Source: a virus. From it: a stretch of 64,000 bases of DNA. A model generated the notes under the pieces. That model worked only from the letters and a program-made list of their open reading frames with translations, had not been told where the DNA came from and made no database searches. The translations under genes were made by a program, and so were the position numbers. The stretch covers positions 1-64,000 of IMG/VR virus record IMGVR_UViG_3300032053_005343, one strand, 5' to 3'. Below, piece by piece: positions 40,301-49,716 of this stretch. Position 1 is the stretch's first letter. Each line of letters starts with the position of its first letter.

Positions 40301-40399
40301 AAAGTAAATGTTAGTATTTTTTCTGACAGTGAGTTTGGTCCTTTTGTGCCATATATAGAACAAAGTCCACAGGTATTTATGCCTCCGTTAGAGGCTTAA
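37349..40399 (+). CDS. Putative tail tip/central hub protein
   Basis: 1016 aa, follows the Dit-like gene; ININFDINGIKTTY near the C-terminus. Confidence 0.4.
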   Translation: MSDKLSEMISADQRQIFGLTIQRINIDIGPFGGENTYTFTLIKEPGQTFHLQDVTFRDGVAPFINLTFAELDVFASVISWKETIADIGGNSIYTVVLAQYNRVFLQHFQFQEINHLIIFDPITHKNVLNEDLVAQGAIVDEEGILQEVFLWDDIVYIPEKMILPPSVFMQNRSAAIFGPPITKIFDAFKDKIFNIGGVSLLFNFDGLLIDNGVEQPIRIRLFRGYNRTTLFTVIEDYAVDNNFEYSSRVKRINEGENTGIYEVSFYKHIVPDGINGFATENDSVLNVLAAMHNGEIINHERGYAVAKDFTTRTSFSVKERDFIPPGYVVVPVDPENLVDKVFVTKGITEFIDFTSKKIVHIVRGGLQSNFLNFTAGDIHQFWGFKSPGVLKDPPSTSDLSKMNKILDNEDIIGDDEHLREFMNLWGRQFVVNSTHLTEFLPLTPEQEAAIAEEEQAIIDLIEALLAHFNSLPRRKLGDHYRNGEEIFRGFLLQYKNDHPEIFDNKPTNIYGGLSDFRNGFDFEPGIMMVLFDTALNSLSPHYPSVDEILGSVGEAEFYQSQGYVGLSLISTQISLEQERILRQIPASIRAKGMCFPSVDHPLSRISKAIANFRSSIGQWPSYIKLPKVPPKKGNTEHVWGSKIISTINHVGTTKIDPKTKFKIKSDYVRVDVKQYNNFYIITLPGQMLQIQTTTSKSTDNPDGCLERDLKIIERLNDAFIATEDAQKRYGPFVVSEGRTLDENNKEYSDIINNPSEYVIKNIVNDRLVPENFNPDGKLSYLESIEEMKKFITQNLSAIDVPKVQSNQFGSITVAGLPVEQAFLPILYAGFSRIARININFDINGIKTTYYTEIPQREDIQNDVEISDRLEPLEEKLDKIIAKKPKNKVVDINEPKLESDPKQNTLSDEELKYIYKKPEGGQGIIVDVETGGPFYTVRRVNYADIDPQTFAGGLNITESYFAAEWKHVRNLSEPDDSPGYLLPETKVNVSIFSDSEFGPFVPYIEQSPQVFMPPLEA

Positions 40400-40416
40400 G
40401 AATAGGAAAGAATAAA

Positions 40417-42207
40417 ATGATTGCTTTTTTAGAGTCTCCCGCAATTATTTCTTTAGTTAATGGTTATATACCATTTATGCCAGACGCCGGTATTTATTGT
40501 GGGGGATATCAAGGTCCACTATACCCGAATCCACTTGTTTTTAAAGATGGTCTTAATATCAATTTATATCTAGAGGCCAGATATCCGATTGCGCTTGATT
40601 ATATAATGAAAAATGATGGGGATATATATAATTCAGGATTTCCCAAAGGATGTCCTGGAATAGAATACACTAACCCCGGACATTTATTGGGATTAATAGA
40701 TACTTATACAAGAATGTTATATGGATTAGGGATTATTAAACTTGCTAGAGAAGGACATTTAGGCTTTAACATATCTCCAATTATAAATGTCGAGAATATT
40801 CCGGCGAAGAGACTTGGGGGGAATACTTATACGGACATTAAAATATCGGATATTTATCCAGAATCATCAGAGATACCGTCTGATTATTTAAAGGAATTTA
40901 TAGATATTGATGGAAATTTAATTTTAGATCCTAAGACTAATTTGCCGTTCATTTTTACGGATAAATATAAACCATCAACAGGAAAAATTAATTGGAAAAA
41001 TTTATTTTTAAATGTCGATTTGAATTCCTATTTTGGTATACCAGAATTTTTTGAAAATATTATTAATGCTGTCCATGAATCTATATCTGATTTTAATGAA
41101 AAAAAAATAATTGATTTAGATCCAGAACAAGCTCCCTGGTCTACAAATGGGTTGGTAGATTCTTTGCCAAATCCAATCATTGACCCAGCCATATTTCCTC
41201 ATGGCCTTGAAAATTTAGACGAAAATTTACCTTCTGGGGGATTTTATGGTCTTTCTAATTATGGACAATTACAGTATTTAACTAAATCTCACGTATTAAA
41301 TTCTCAACAATCACTAAAATTAATGACAGGATCAGAAAATTTCCATAGAATAAATATACCTAAAGATCCGACAACAAGATATGAATATAGATCGTTGAAT
41401 GAATTAAATTCCTTTATTAATGCTGTGCCAATACAAACGCATGGCATGAAATATAATGTTAATATAGAAACTGTTGGTGGTGGATCGCCGGTTTTTATCG
41501 GCAAAACGAATTACTACAACACTTCCCATGCGCAATATCTGGCACTATTAGCATCGAGTCCAAATTGCGCAGTGAGCGCGCCTGATGGGTTTTGGGAGCC
41601 CATGTGTGAACTAGTCGGGAAAAAGGAAGGAGTAAGATGTAGTTTTGCCTTATTGTGTTTTGATCAGTTAGAGCATGGTGTTTATACGACATTTCCATAC
41701 GTAGGAGGTGTCTTGTATACTTCCTTTTTTATTACTGATATTTGTTTTACTACACTTATTAACAATCCAGTAACCATTAATGTTACAGGGAAATTTATAG
41801 CAAACGAGGATATTAATGGTACATTTTTTCCAAGACAAAATTTATTAAGACAAATGATAGTTAAATCTTCTCAAACAAACAGGTTTATATGGGATAGAAA
41901 ATGGTACGATTTAGAAAATGAAGAAGATATAAGTGTCAAAACCATAGATGAATTTCTGGTATCTCCCGGAATTCTTAACGCCGTACCAGAACTTGAATCA
42001 GTATTAATGACGCAAGAATCTGAATTTTTAGAATCAATAATTTTGCCTGCCCACGATTATTCTAGGACAATAAGAACCAGGATTATAATAAAATCTAGGG
42101 TTTTAACCGACTTGTCACAACCATTCTTCCAGGGGTACGAGAACATAAGTCTACAATTAAATATAGAAACGGGGGGGTCGAATATTTTATATAATTATGA
42201 ACAATAG
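40417..42207 (+). CDS. Hypothetical tail-region protein
   Basis: Long ORF in the structural operon; no motif recognised. Confidence 0.4.
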   Translation: MIAFLESPAIISLVNGYIPFMPDAGIYCGGYQGPLYPNPLVFKDGLNINLYLEARYPIALDYIMKNDGDIYNSGFPKGCPGIEYTNPGHLLGLIDTYTRMLYGLGIIKLAREGHLGFNISPIINVENIPAKRLGGNTYTDIKISDIYPESSEIPSDYLKEFIDIDGNLILDPKTNLPFIFTDKYKPSTGKINWKNLFLNVDLNSYFGIPEFFENIINAVHESISDFNEKKIIDLDPEQAPWSTNGLVDSLPNPIIDPAIFPHGLENLDENLPSGGFYGLSNYGQLQYLTKSHVLNSQQSLKLMTGSENFHRINIPKDPTTRYEYRSLNELNSFINAVPIQTHGMKYNVNIETVGGGSPVFIGKTNYYNTSHAQYLALLASSPNCAVSAPDGFWEPMCELVGKKEGVRCSFALLCFDQLEHGVYTTFPYVGGVLYTSFFITDICFTTLINNPVTINVTGKFIANEDINGTFFPRQNLLRQMIVKSSQTNRFIWDRKWYDLENEEDISVKTIDEFLVSPGILNAVPELESVLMTQESEFLESIILPAHDYSRTIRTRIIIKSRVLTDLSQPFFQGYENISLQLNIETGGSNILYNYEQ

Positions 42208-42235
42208 TGTATTAATTAAATAGGAGATTGTTTTA

Positions 42236-42859
42236 ATGTCTATTTCAGTTTATGTCGGCGAAGATCAGTTATTACCGAGTAGTTCCGGTCTTGGTTTCTA
42301 TGGTAATGATGGATTTGGTGCCCCAATACTTATTGGAGCATATAATGGTAGAACCTTCGTCACAGATCAAAATGGTATTATAGAAGGTTTTGAATGTAAT
42401 AATAATAAAAAAATATCTACAACTGGTGTAATTAATGGGCAAACCGGGTTAGGTATTCAATTAATTAGTCTTCCCAATAATTTGGCTACCATTAACATAA
42501 GATTTGAATATCTATCAGAGGTTAGAACACTTACTAGTAAATTTTATATTTTTGATGGAACAACAACTAGTGGTACACCAAATATAAATAATGATCCGAG
42601 CGGACTAACGTGTTATTGTGCAGAAACAAGGCATCAAAGTGTTATCCAAGATCCCGATGGATTGGGTGATACGGATTGGTTTAATACACACGGATCGACA
42701 TTTTTAGAATTAATTAGTTCGCCCGGAGAAAGCGGACTAAGACCATTGGGTTCGTTAACTTCAGATGTAAGGCACGATTGGTACGTTGCAATTAGTTCTA
42801 CTCCCGTTACTTTTGGAAATAAAATGTTCGGACTATATTTTGAGACAGAATTTCTATAA
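42236..42859 (+). CDS. Virion structural protein; paralog of 43957..44583
   Basis: Shared SG.GF.G..FG....G....TFVT..NG, NNNK, L.SSPG..GL.P.G..T.D.RHD.Y.A.S..P and E.L* motifs. Confidence 0.6.
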   Translation: MSISVYVGEDQLLPSSSGLGFYGNDGFGAPILIGAYNGRTFVTDQNGIIEGFECNNNKKISTTGVINGQTGLGIQLISLPNNLATINIRFEYLSEVRTLTSKFYIFDGTTTSGTPNINNDPSGLTCYCAETRHQSVIQDPDGLGDTDWFNTHGSTFLELISSPGESGLRPLGSLTSDVRHDWYVAISSTPVTFGNKMFGLYFETEFL

Positions 42860-43181
42860 GAGAATTAATAAGTTCTTGTTCATTAAATGGTAAATATTGT
42901 TTTTTAGATATTTGCAATTTTATTTTACCTTTAATTTTTAAATCCTTATTTTTATAATCAATTTTAATATCTTTTTTAATTGTTCCTTTCCTCTTAGATA
43001 AAAGTTCTTGTTTTTGTTCTTCTGATAATATTATATCTTTTGTGTAATTTCTTGCTGATGAAGTTGATATGTTCAATTTTTTACCAATATCTATTAATGA
43101 CCAACCTAGCACTCTTAATCTTCTAGCCTCTTCTTTTGGACAACATTTGATTACTAAAGATAATTTGGAATTTTTATTCAT
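42807..43181 (-). CDS. HTH DNA-binding protein
   Basis: KEEARRLRVLGWSLIDIGKKLNISTSSA; overlaps the convergent gene by 53 nt. Confidence 0.55.
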   Translation of the reverse strand: MNKNSKLSLVIKCCPKEEARRLRVLGWSLIDIGKKLNISTSSARNYTKDIILSEEQKQELLSKRKGTIKKDIKIDYKNKDLKIKGKIKLQISKKQYLPFNEQELINSLIEILSQNIVRTFYFQK

Positions 43182-43860
43182 CGAAATATGTCCATCTTTT
43201 CTTGTTTTTAATCATAGAAACTGATGGTTGGCTAATATTAAACATTTTTCCAATTTCTTTTTGTGTGAATTTGCCTTCTTCGGCCAATCTCTTAATATCT
43301 ACAACCTGTTTATCGTTAACTTTCGAAGATCCATGTCTTGATCCACGATTATCTGTACCATGCACAATTCTATCTGCTTGATTTTCTTTGGGCGTGCCCC
43401 AACATAAATTATCCAACCTATTATTTTGTGGGTTTCCATCAAGATGACGACACTCCATTCCCGGAGGACAGGGGCCAACGAATGTTTCTAATATTAATCT
43501 GTGTACTTTATGCTTTTTACGAACGCCATTTTTGCATAAAGTAATCTCTAGGTGCCCATAAATACCATATTTGCCCGTTTTTAATATTTTTTCTCTATTT
43601 AAATATTTTTGTGGATTTTTTCTTATATTCGCTATGTGGGTTTCACTTATCCCTGTTTGTTTAGCTATTTTTATTACTGACAAATTTTTATTAATTAATA
43701 ATATTATTGTCGTTATTTGATTTCTGTTAACACCTGTATTAAAACTTCTCGTTCTCCCGAAAGTAGAACTTTGATAAAACCCCTCGTACCCAGGTATATC
43801 TTTCCAAATTTCCTCTGTGTTTTTACAATATTCTTCGCACATATCTGTAATATTATACAC
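43174..43860 (-). CDS. NUMOD4-(HTH insert)-HNH-HTH homing endonuclease (start may be ATG at 43842)
   Basis: EIWKDIPGYEGFYQ; HRLILETFVGPCP.GMECRHLDGNP.NNRLDNL.WGT. Confidence 0.9.
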   Translation of the reverse strand: MYNITDMCEEYCKNTEEIWKDIPGYEGFYQSSTFGRTRSFNTGVNRNQITTIILLINKNLSVIKIAKQTGISETHIANIRKNPQKYLNREKILKTGKYGIYGHLEITLCKNGVRKKHKVHRLILETFVGPCPPGMECRHLDGNPQNNRLDNLCWGTPKENQADRIVHGTDNRGSRHGSSKVNDKQVVDIKRLAEEGKFTQKEIGKMFNISQPSVSMIKNKKRWTYFDE

Positions 43861-43956
43861 TTTTGTCTATTATAATTTTTGAGAAAATAAATAATAATGT
43901 GTATTTATATGTGGATGATTAAATTAATTTTAAAGTTTAAAGAAAGGAATTAAAGT

Positions 43957-44583
43957 ATGGCTGCTGATATTTCGTTTTTCCATGGTAACGGAACAACTGC
44001 ATTAGGTGCATCGGGAATCGGATTCTTTGGGAGTACGTTCGGGAGTTCTGTTCAAGTGGGTTCGTTTCAGGACAGCACCTTCGTTACAAATTCAAACGGC
44101 ACGGTCAACGGAGGAGCCCTTAACAACAATAAATATGTAGGAACATCGTCTGGTGTTCAGGTGAACGGTGATTCTACCGTAAATCTTAACACTGTTGCCC
44201 TTGCGTCTGGTTCATTGAATGTGCGATTTACATTCGATTCGGTTGTAATGACACAAAACGGTCAATTTAGAATTATGGATAGGGTCGATGCTGATGCTCC
44301 AGCGAGCGGTGTAACTTCCGAGGTAGCTCAATTGTGTAACGGTGGTTCTGGCGTAAATCAATCTACTGGCGCTGCACAAGCTGGTCATAACGGCTGGTTA
44401 CAATTGGCCGGAAGCGGCACTACGATGACGCTCCTATCAAGTCCTGGTAGCGGAGGATTGAGTCCTAATGGGACGGGGACAACCGATACAAGACATGATT
44501 TTTATCTTGCTCTAAGTGCATCCCCCTCCAGCATTGGCAGTAAAACATCGTTCGGTGGGTACCTGCAACTCGAATATTTATAA
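43957..44583 (+). CDS. Probably abundant virion structural protein (Gly/Ser/Thr-rich beta protein)
   Basis: Own TGTGTAT motif (43898), AAAGGA RBS and terminator; GC-richer codons like the tail tube gene. Confidence 0.6.
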   Translation: MAADISFFHGNGTTALGASGIGFFGSTFGSSVQVGSFQDSTFVTNSNGTVNGGALNNNKYVGTSSGVQVNGDSTVNLNTVALASGSLNVRFTFDSVVMTQNGQFRIMDRVDADAPASGVTSEVAQLCNGGSGVNQSTGAAQAGHNGWLQLAGSGTTMTLLSSPGSGGLSPNGTGTTDTRHDFYLALSASPSSIGSKTSFGGYLQLEYL

Positions 44584-44620
44584 GAGCTTTAATTAGTAAA
44601 GTAAAAATTTAAACAAGGAA

Positions 44621-44648
44621 GAAAAGTCGGAGAAATCCGGCTTTTTTC
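44621..44648 (+). terminator. Rho-independent terminator with GAAA tetraloop
   Basis: AAAAGTCGGA-GAAA-TCCGGCTTTTTT. Confidence 0.75.
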
Positions 44649-44689
44649 ATTTTTAAAAATAAATTAGGATTAAATTAGTATAATAAAAT

Positions 44690-45571
44690 ATGGCAACTTC
44701 TTCTCACAAAGGTATTTATTATAAAAATGATCTAAAGCGACGAAAACGATGGAACGCCAGCGTTGTAATAAAAAACAAGTATTATTTTATTGGAAATTTT
44801 TTAACAGAGCAAGAAGCAATTGAAGAATATAAAAAATTTATAGAGAAAAATAAGGACAGCCTATCAAATAATGCTAAAAAACTAATTAAAAGACAATCAA
44901 ATTTTCCAAGAAATAAAGATGGATTAATAGAAAGAATTTGTTCGGACTGCGGAAAGACTAGTTATTTTAAAAAAATTCCCACTTTTGATCATTGTCAATC
45001 TTGTGGGATGAAAGAGTCTTTTAAACATAGACCCGGAATTGGTACAAAAGAAATAAACATCACATCCGCATACAAAGATTATAAATCTGGTATGTCATTA
45101 GAAAATGTGAGTAAAAACTATGGACTTTCAAACGAGGGGCTTAGATATAAATTTAATAAAAATGGATATAAAAGAAGAAGTCGCAAAGAAGTTTCCATAT
45201 TAATAAGTGCAAAAAGACAGGGAATAAATGTTAATAAGTGGCAAAAATTTATAACCAAAGATAATGTTTTGATATATTTATCCCCAGAATATAAAAAATG
45301 GCGTCAATATATCTTGAAAAGAGATAATTGTATTTGTCAATTATGTAATCAAAAAGGAAAACACGCCCATCATATTAAGACCAAGGCCAAAAGACAGGAT
45401 TTGGTTTTTGATACAAACAATGGAATAACTCTTTGTAAAACATGTCACGGGAAAATTCATTATAAAGAAGAACAATACGAACAATTCTTCCTAGACCTAT
45501 TGTGTATAAAACATAGGAGATCATTATATGAACCAACGAACCTACTGCATGGACGGCGTTACATTGTGTGA
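44690..45571 (+). CDS. AP2-like + Zn ribbon + HTH + HNH endonuclease
   Basis: KGIY...RW.A...YFIGNF.TE.EA (AP2); WR..ILKRD..CQLC...HHIK...NGITLCKTCH. Confidence 0.8.
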   Translation: MATSSHKGIYYKNDLKRRKRWNASVVIKNKYYFIGNFLTEQEAIEEYKKFIEKNKDSLSNNAKKLIKRQSNFPRNKDGLIERICSDCGKTSYFKKIPTFDHCQSCGMKESFKHRPGIGTKEINITSAYKDYKSGMSLENVSKNYGLSNEGLRYKFNKNGYKRRSRKEVSILISAKRQGINVNKWQKFITKDNVLIYLSPEYKKWRQYILKRDNCICQLCNQKGKHAHHIKTKAKRQDLVFDTNNGITLCKTCHGKIHYKEEQYEQFFLDLLCIKHRRSLYEPTNLLHGRRYIV

Positions 45572-45866
45572 CTCAATCCAAGAATCAAAAATAGCGGACT
45601 GGCTTTACCTAAATAGTATTAAGTTCGAAGCCCACAAAAAATTACCCAAACCCTCTACCCAAAAGTGTGATTTCTTTTTACCCGAATACAATCTTTGGTT
45701 AGAATGGGATGGCGTTCGTGAAGTTAGAGCTTTAAGTTCAGATCACGCAGACACGAGACAACAAAAAAAATATAATTTTTATGAAAAACACAATATGAAA
45801 TATCTTGTTTTAAAAAGAGATAATAATTGGGAAGATAAATTGTACGAAGCTATCTTTTCTTCATAA
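45528..45866 (+). CDS. PD-(D/E)XK-type small nuclease
   Basis: S.QE..IADWL....I.F..H...CDFFLP...LWLEWDG. Confidence 0.65.
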   Translation: MNQRTYCMDGVTLCDSIQESKIADWLYLNSIKFEAHKKLPKPSTQKCDFFLPEYNLWLEWDGVREVRALSSDHADTRQQKKYNFYEKHNMKYLVLKRDNNWEDKLYEAIFSS

Positions 45867-45876
45867 GAAGGGTGAT

Positions 45877-46170
45877 ATGTCAGGTAAAATATTTTTCAAT
45901 TCTCACAAAGTATTAACAGTATTATTAGGAAGCTTACTCGGACTGGTTGGCGGCGTAGCTGCTGCGTCTTATAGTGTTGGGGTTGAAAAAACTAAAATTA
46001 CATTAAAATTAGAAAGTTATGATGAAAAATTAATAGAAATTGCTAACTTGGTCCATGAAAACAGTACTTCAACAAATGAAGCCGTTATAAAAATCAATGA
46101 AGCAATTCAAAAAATACAAATTAGTATAGCTATATTAGAATCTAATTCCAGTCATATACAATCTCGATAG
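45877..46170 (+). CDS. Single-TM membrane protein with coiled coil (holin-like or accessory lysis)
   Basis: Hydrophobic VLTVLLGSLLGLVGGVAAA then heptads; last gene of the + strand block. Confidence 0.4.
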   Translation: MSGKIFFNSHKVLTVLLGSLLGLVGGVAAASYSVGVEKTKITLKLESYDEKLIEIANLVHENSTSTNEAVIKINEAIQKIQISIAILESNSSHIQSR

Positions 46171-46606
46171 CCCGACGCAAAAGTATTTGTAAAATCATTC
46201 CTTCGCCATCGGTTATGCTGTGCTTTATCGCTACTGGTTCTGATCCCTCTTTTTTGACACTGATCCCAAAATAATATCCTGACTTATCTGCTTTTTGGAA
46301 TTTCAATACCGCGTTGTTGTTCCCGGACGAGTGGAACAATCCTTTATCCGCATACCCAACGCTACTTTTGATACCGTCTAGAACACACAGGATTTCTGCA
46401 ATATCTGGTGGTCCTAATTTGAATATGATCTTGTTGTTTTTCCAGTCGAATAAAGAATTTCCCTCCCCATCTCTGTCTGGCATTTGAGGAGCGGATTCGA
46501 TGAAAATACACCGCTTCTCATGCGACCAGCAAAATTGTGATGCGGCCCCATTATTGGTTTTATTCGGCTTGTATATCTTACAATTATCCGTAAATTTCTT
46601 TTCCAC
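46142..46606 (-). CDS. Whirly/PC4-like ssDNA-binding protein (putative)
   Basis: IYKP...A.QF; FDWK...IFKL...DIAEIL.VL; GLFH; next to the annealing protein. Confidence 0.45.
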   Translation of the reverse strand: MEKKFTDNCKIYKPNKTNNGAASQFCWSHEKRCIFIESAPQMPDRDGEGNSLFDWKNNKIIFKLGPPDIAEILCVLDGIKSSVGYADKGLFHSSGNNNAVLKFQKADKSGYYFGISVKKEGSEPVAIKHSITDGEGMILQILLRRAIEIVYDWN

Positions 46607-46611
46607 TATTT

Positions 46612-47487
46612 TTACCTCTTTAATTTCTCAGGAACATGATCTTCTTGCCTCATATTATTTAAACGATTCAACGCAATAAGTGCTTCACTATATTTTAAAG
46701 ATTTTAAATCTACTACGCCGTCCTTTATTATACAGGCAATTTCTAAATCATCAAGTAGTTTTTTAATAGATATACTCGATCTTTCGGCAAGAAGTCTAAT
46801 AGCTGTTATTTGCCCTGTATTAATTAACTTATTTGGGTTTTCCGTTTCTTCATTATTAACACCCACCTCCTCTGCCGCCACAATTCTTTTAAGATTTAAT
46901 GCGGAACGATAGGCGCGACCCCTGGCGCGAGTTTCTGCCATTGCTGTCAAATATGGAGAAAATTCTTTTTGACAATTGTTGCAATTAGCATCTGCTAATG
47001 ATTCAAAGCGTTTGCCATTTTCGAAAATAATTATAGATTTTACCCCCACTGTCATTTCGTTTTCAACACTGGGAGCAAAAATTAGTTCACATCTTTCCTC
47101 TAGGACTTCTCCCAACAACAATCCAGCAATACGTCGCAACCCCTCTACTCTTGGAAATTCTCCATCCATCTCGTCGTCTTGAAGTAGCGAAAGCGCATAT
47201 TGTGTGAAACCGACATCTGTAGGAACCGGGGGATTAGACAAAGCTAGTGGTCTATCATCATCAATCTTTGTTACCACAACATCTTTTTTAGGCACAGGAA
47301 CAGCAATAATAGTTTCTTCGATTTCTTTCACTTGGTCCAATAAAATCAAGGAATCTTCTCCAGAATTCTCTTCGTCTAGCATAGTTTTTAATTGTGAAAC
47401 TTTCAAACCAGCGAGTTCTTCTTCTTTACATCCTTTTAATATTAATTGTTCAACTATTTCGGCTTTTTTCAACTTTAAGATCTCCAA
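46612..47487 (-). CDS. Rad52/Sak-like ssDNA annealing protein (putative)
   Basis: P.VEGLRR; AMAETRARGRA.R.ALNL...AAEE motif. Confidence 0.55.
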   Translation of the reverse strand: MEILKLKKAEIVEQLILKGCKEEELAGLKVSQLKTMLDEENSGEDSLILLDQVKEIEETIIAVPVPKKDVVVTKIDDDRPLALSNPPVPTDVGFTQYALSLLQDDEMDGEFPRVEGLRRIAGLLLGEVLEERCELIFAPSVENEMTVGVKSIIIFENGKRFESLADANCNNCQKEFSPYLTAMAETRARGRAYRSALNLKRIVAAEEVGVNNEETENPNKLINTGQITAIRLLAERSSISIKKLLDDLEIACIIKDGVVDLKSLKYSEALIALNRLNNMRQEDHVPEKLKR

Positions 47488-47938
47488 CCATCAATTTTAT
47501 TATTTCAATTAAATCTAGTTTATCAAAATACCTAACTCTTGAATCATCTATTTTTTCTATTTCATTATACGTAAAACAGTATATAACTTTTGAGCGAGAC
47601 GAGAGTGCTGTTTGAAGTGTAGATTTATTTACTGCTATTAATGGGTAGGTCCAACTATGGATATACTTTAAATCCAAAAGTGGTGCTAACAAAAAAATAA
47701 AACACTCCCCAAGATTATGAGCAAAGACATTAATATCGACCCCGACAAAATTGTTAAAGACAGTGTTAATTCCATTTAATAAATTAACATTTATATCCGA
47801 TTTTAAAAGATTTTCAAAAATAATCCCAATAGAAATCAGGTCCGAATTTAAAGAAAGGCCAAGTTTGTTGAGATTGGCCTCTGCCTCTCTTTTACGATTC
47901 TCTGCTTGTTTTTTCTTGTCTTCCATACTACACCACAA
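47450..47938 (-). CDS. Hypothetical protein
   Basis: Overlaps both neighbours in the operon. Confidence 0.4.
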   Translation of the reverse strand: MWCSMEDKKKQAENRKREAEANLNKLGLSLNSDLISIGIIFENLLKSDINVNLLNGINTVFNNFVGVDINVFAHNLGECFIFLLAPLLDLKYIHSWTYPLIAVNKSTLQTALSSRSKVIYCFTYNEIEKIDDSRVRYFDKLDLIEIIKLMVGDLKVEKSRNS

Positions 47939-48692
47939 TATCTAACGGGTAAGAAAGAGAAATTCCTGTGCCAATCTCTTCTTCTTTTAAAATTTCATAA
48001 AAAGTCTTTGGGGCTTCTCTTGGTTCCGTCAGTTTCTTATAACTACTAGTAATATATAGTCCGAAAACGGTCTGTAATGGTAAAATACTTGTCGATGCTA
48101 ATTTATTCATAAAAGGCCAATAAATGAACCTTGTGTCTCTGTTTATTTCATTGATCATTATTTCATTATCTCTACCTGATAGAATTACACTACTTGGTAT
48201 TACTATAAAATATTTTTCTTTTACCAATTTAGAAGTACGATAAATAGTTTTTGCGGGTTTTTCTTCCTCTCCGCTTACAAGAACGTCCAACTTAACCACA
48301 TCTTTATGTTGTTGAAATAATTTAATAACTTGAGACCTATCTTTTTTATTAGTTGTATCAGCAACTATAATTTGTTTCAAAGGATTGTAAAATTTGTTGG
48401 TTGAAGATAAAGCGGGGCAAGAGTTGTATAAGAGATTATTTTCTAGTGTTTTAAAGTGGTCGTTGTTGTTATGTATAATAATAAGGTCATATGATAATTC
48501 TGATTCCTTTTTCGCCAATTGAATTAGAGATATATCTTGAGACGGTTTTTGATTTTCTCCCCAGGGCATAGAACGATAAAACCGACAGAATCCGGGCGCA
48601 TATGAACCTTTTTTAGTAGAAATATAAAATTGATTGGCCAAACATTTGCCGTTCTCTATATGGCAACAATGGTCACAAACGGATGCGATCAT
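47928..48692 (-). CDS. Hypothetical protein with N-terminal Cys cluster, possibly a degenerate GT-A fold
   Basis: CDHC...C...CRFYR; YDLIII..QIIVAD. Confidence 0.35.
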   Translation of the reverse strand: MIASVCDHCCHIENGKCLANQFYISTKKGSYAPGFCRFYRSMPWGENQKPSQDISLIQLAKKESELSYDLIIIHNNNDHFKTLENNLLYNSCPALSSTNKFYNPLKQIIVADTTNKKDRSQVIKLFQQHKDVVKLDVLVSGEEEKPAKTIYRTSKLVKEKYFIVIPSSVILSGRDNEIMINEINRDTRFIYWPFMNKLASTSILPLQTVFGLYITSSYKKLTEPREAPKTFYEILKEEEIGTGISLSYPLDIVV

Positions 48693-48702
48693 TTTATTTT
48701 CC

Positions 48703-49716
48703 TTAACTTGTTAATAGACTGCATGGTTTATCAATCGTTTCATAGAACAAAGAATTATACTTATTTATAAATATATTTTTATTGAATTTTTCTACCATTG
48801 TTTTACGTCCTGCTTCTCCAATCCTTTTAGCAAGATCCTTGTCGTTTATAAGCATTTTACAATATTTAATGATTTCCTCTGGGTCGTTACTTAAAAATCC
48901 GTTGATCCCATGTTCAATGTAATCCGCTATATCACACGACTTACTGCTCACAATTGGACACCCAACAGCCATTGCCTCCAGTAATTCTATGGGGCAACTT
49001 AACCAACAGGAGGTATTTAAAAAAACAGAAGCGTTTCTATATTTACAAACAAGGTCATCAAGATCTTTTGCGGGACTGGAGATGCCGGGATTAATTCCAA
49101 TAAGATCTATTGGTAATTGTTTATTTATTTGTTCTAATAATTTAAATCCAGTAATGTTTGCTTTATTCTGATAATAATCTACATTAATTAGAACTTTATT
49201 GTCACCCCCTACCCACCCATCGAATATTTCTGTGTCAACACATTTTGGAATTATTACCACATCTTCTTCTGATAATCCCCATGAATTTGCAACAAATTTC
49301 GATGAAAATACTTGCGCGTTATGGATTTGGTCAGCTAAAGATTGCACATAAAAATTATTCATTTCTGGAAAAGGTAAAAAATTATTTATTCCGAGCAGGG
49401 GGCATGACAAATGTGTTGCTAGTTTTGACAAAATGATATAGTCTCGGCTTCTATTTTGACAGACTATAAGGTCCAGGGCTACGTCATTTACTTGCTCAGA
49501 AAGATCTCCTGCTTTTAATAGAACGCAATTGTCCGGCTTCTCACGGATTTGAATATTCCACGGTGGGGAATTCGGGTTGTTAATGAAATAAAAGTTGTGT
49601 CCTGTTTTTGCGAGCAACCATTGTAACTTCTCGTCATTGTTGATTGTGAGGATGTTTAATTTATCGTTTTCTTGTCTGTTCACTCCTTTTAAAATACTCG
49701 AAAATGTTGTAGTCAT
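48703..49716 (-). CDS. GT4 (GT-B) glycosyltransferase
   Basis: VFLNTS...P..LLEAMAVGCPIVS...IEHGINGF. Confidence 0.85.
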   Translation of the reverse strand: MTTTFSSILKGVNRQENDKLNILTINNDEKLQWLLAKTGHNFYFINNPNSPPWNIQIREKPDNCVLLKAGDLSEQVNDVALDLIVCQNRSRDYIILSKLATHLSCPLLGINNFLPFPEMNNFYVQSLADQIHNAQVFSSKFVANSWGLSEEDVVIIPKCVDTEIFDGWVGGDNKVLINVDYYQNKANITGFKLLEQINKQLPIDLIGINPGISSPAKDLDDLVCKYRNASVFLNTSCWLSCPIELLEAMAVGCPIVSSKSCDIADYIEHGINGFLSNDPEEIIKYCKMLINDKDLAKRIGEAGRKTMVEKFNKNIFINKYNSLFYETIDKPCSLLTS

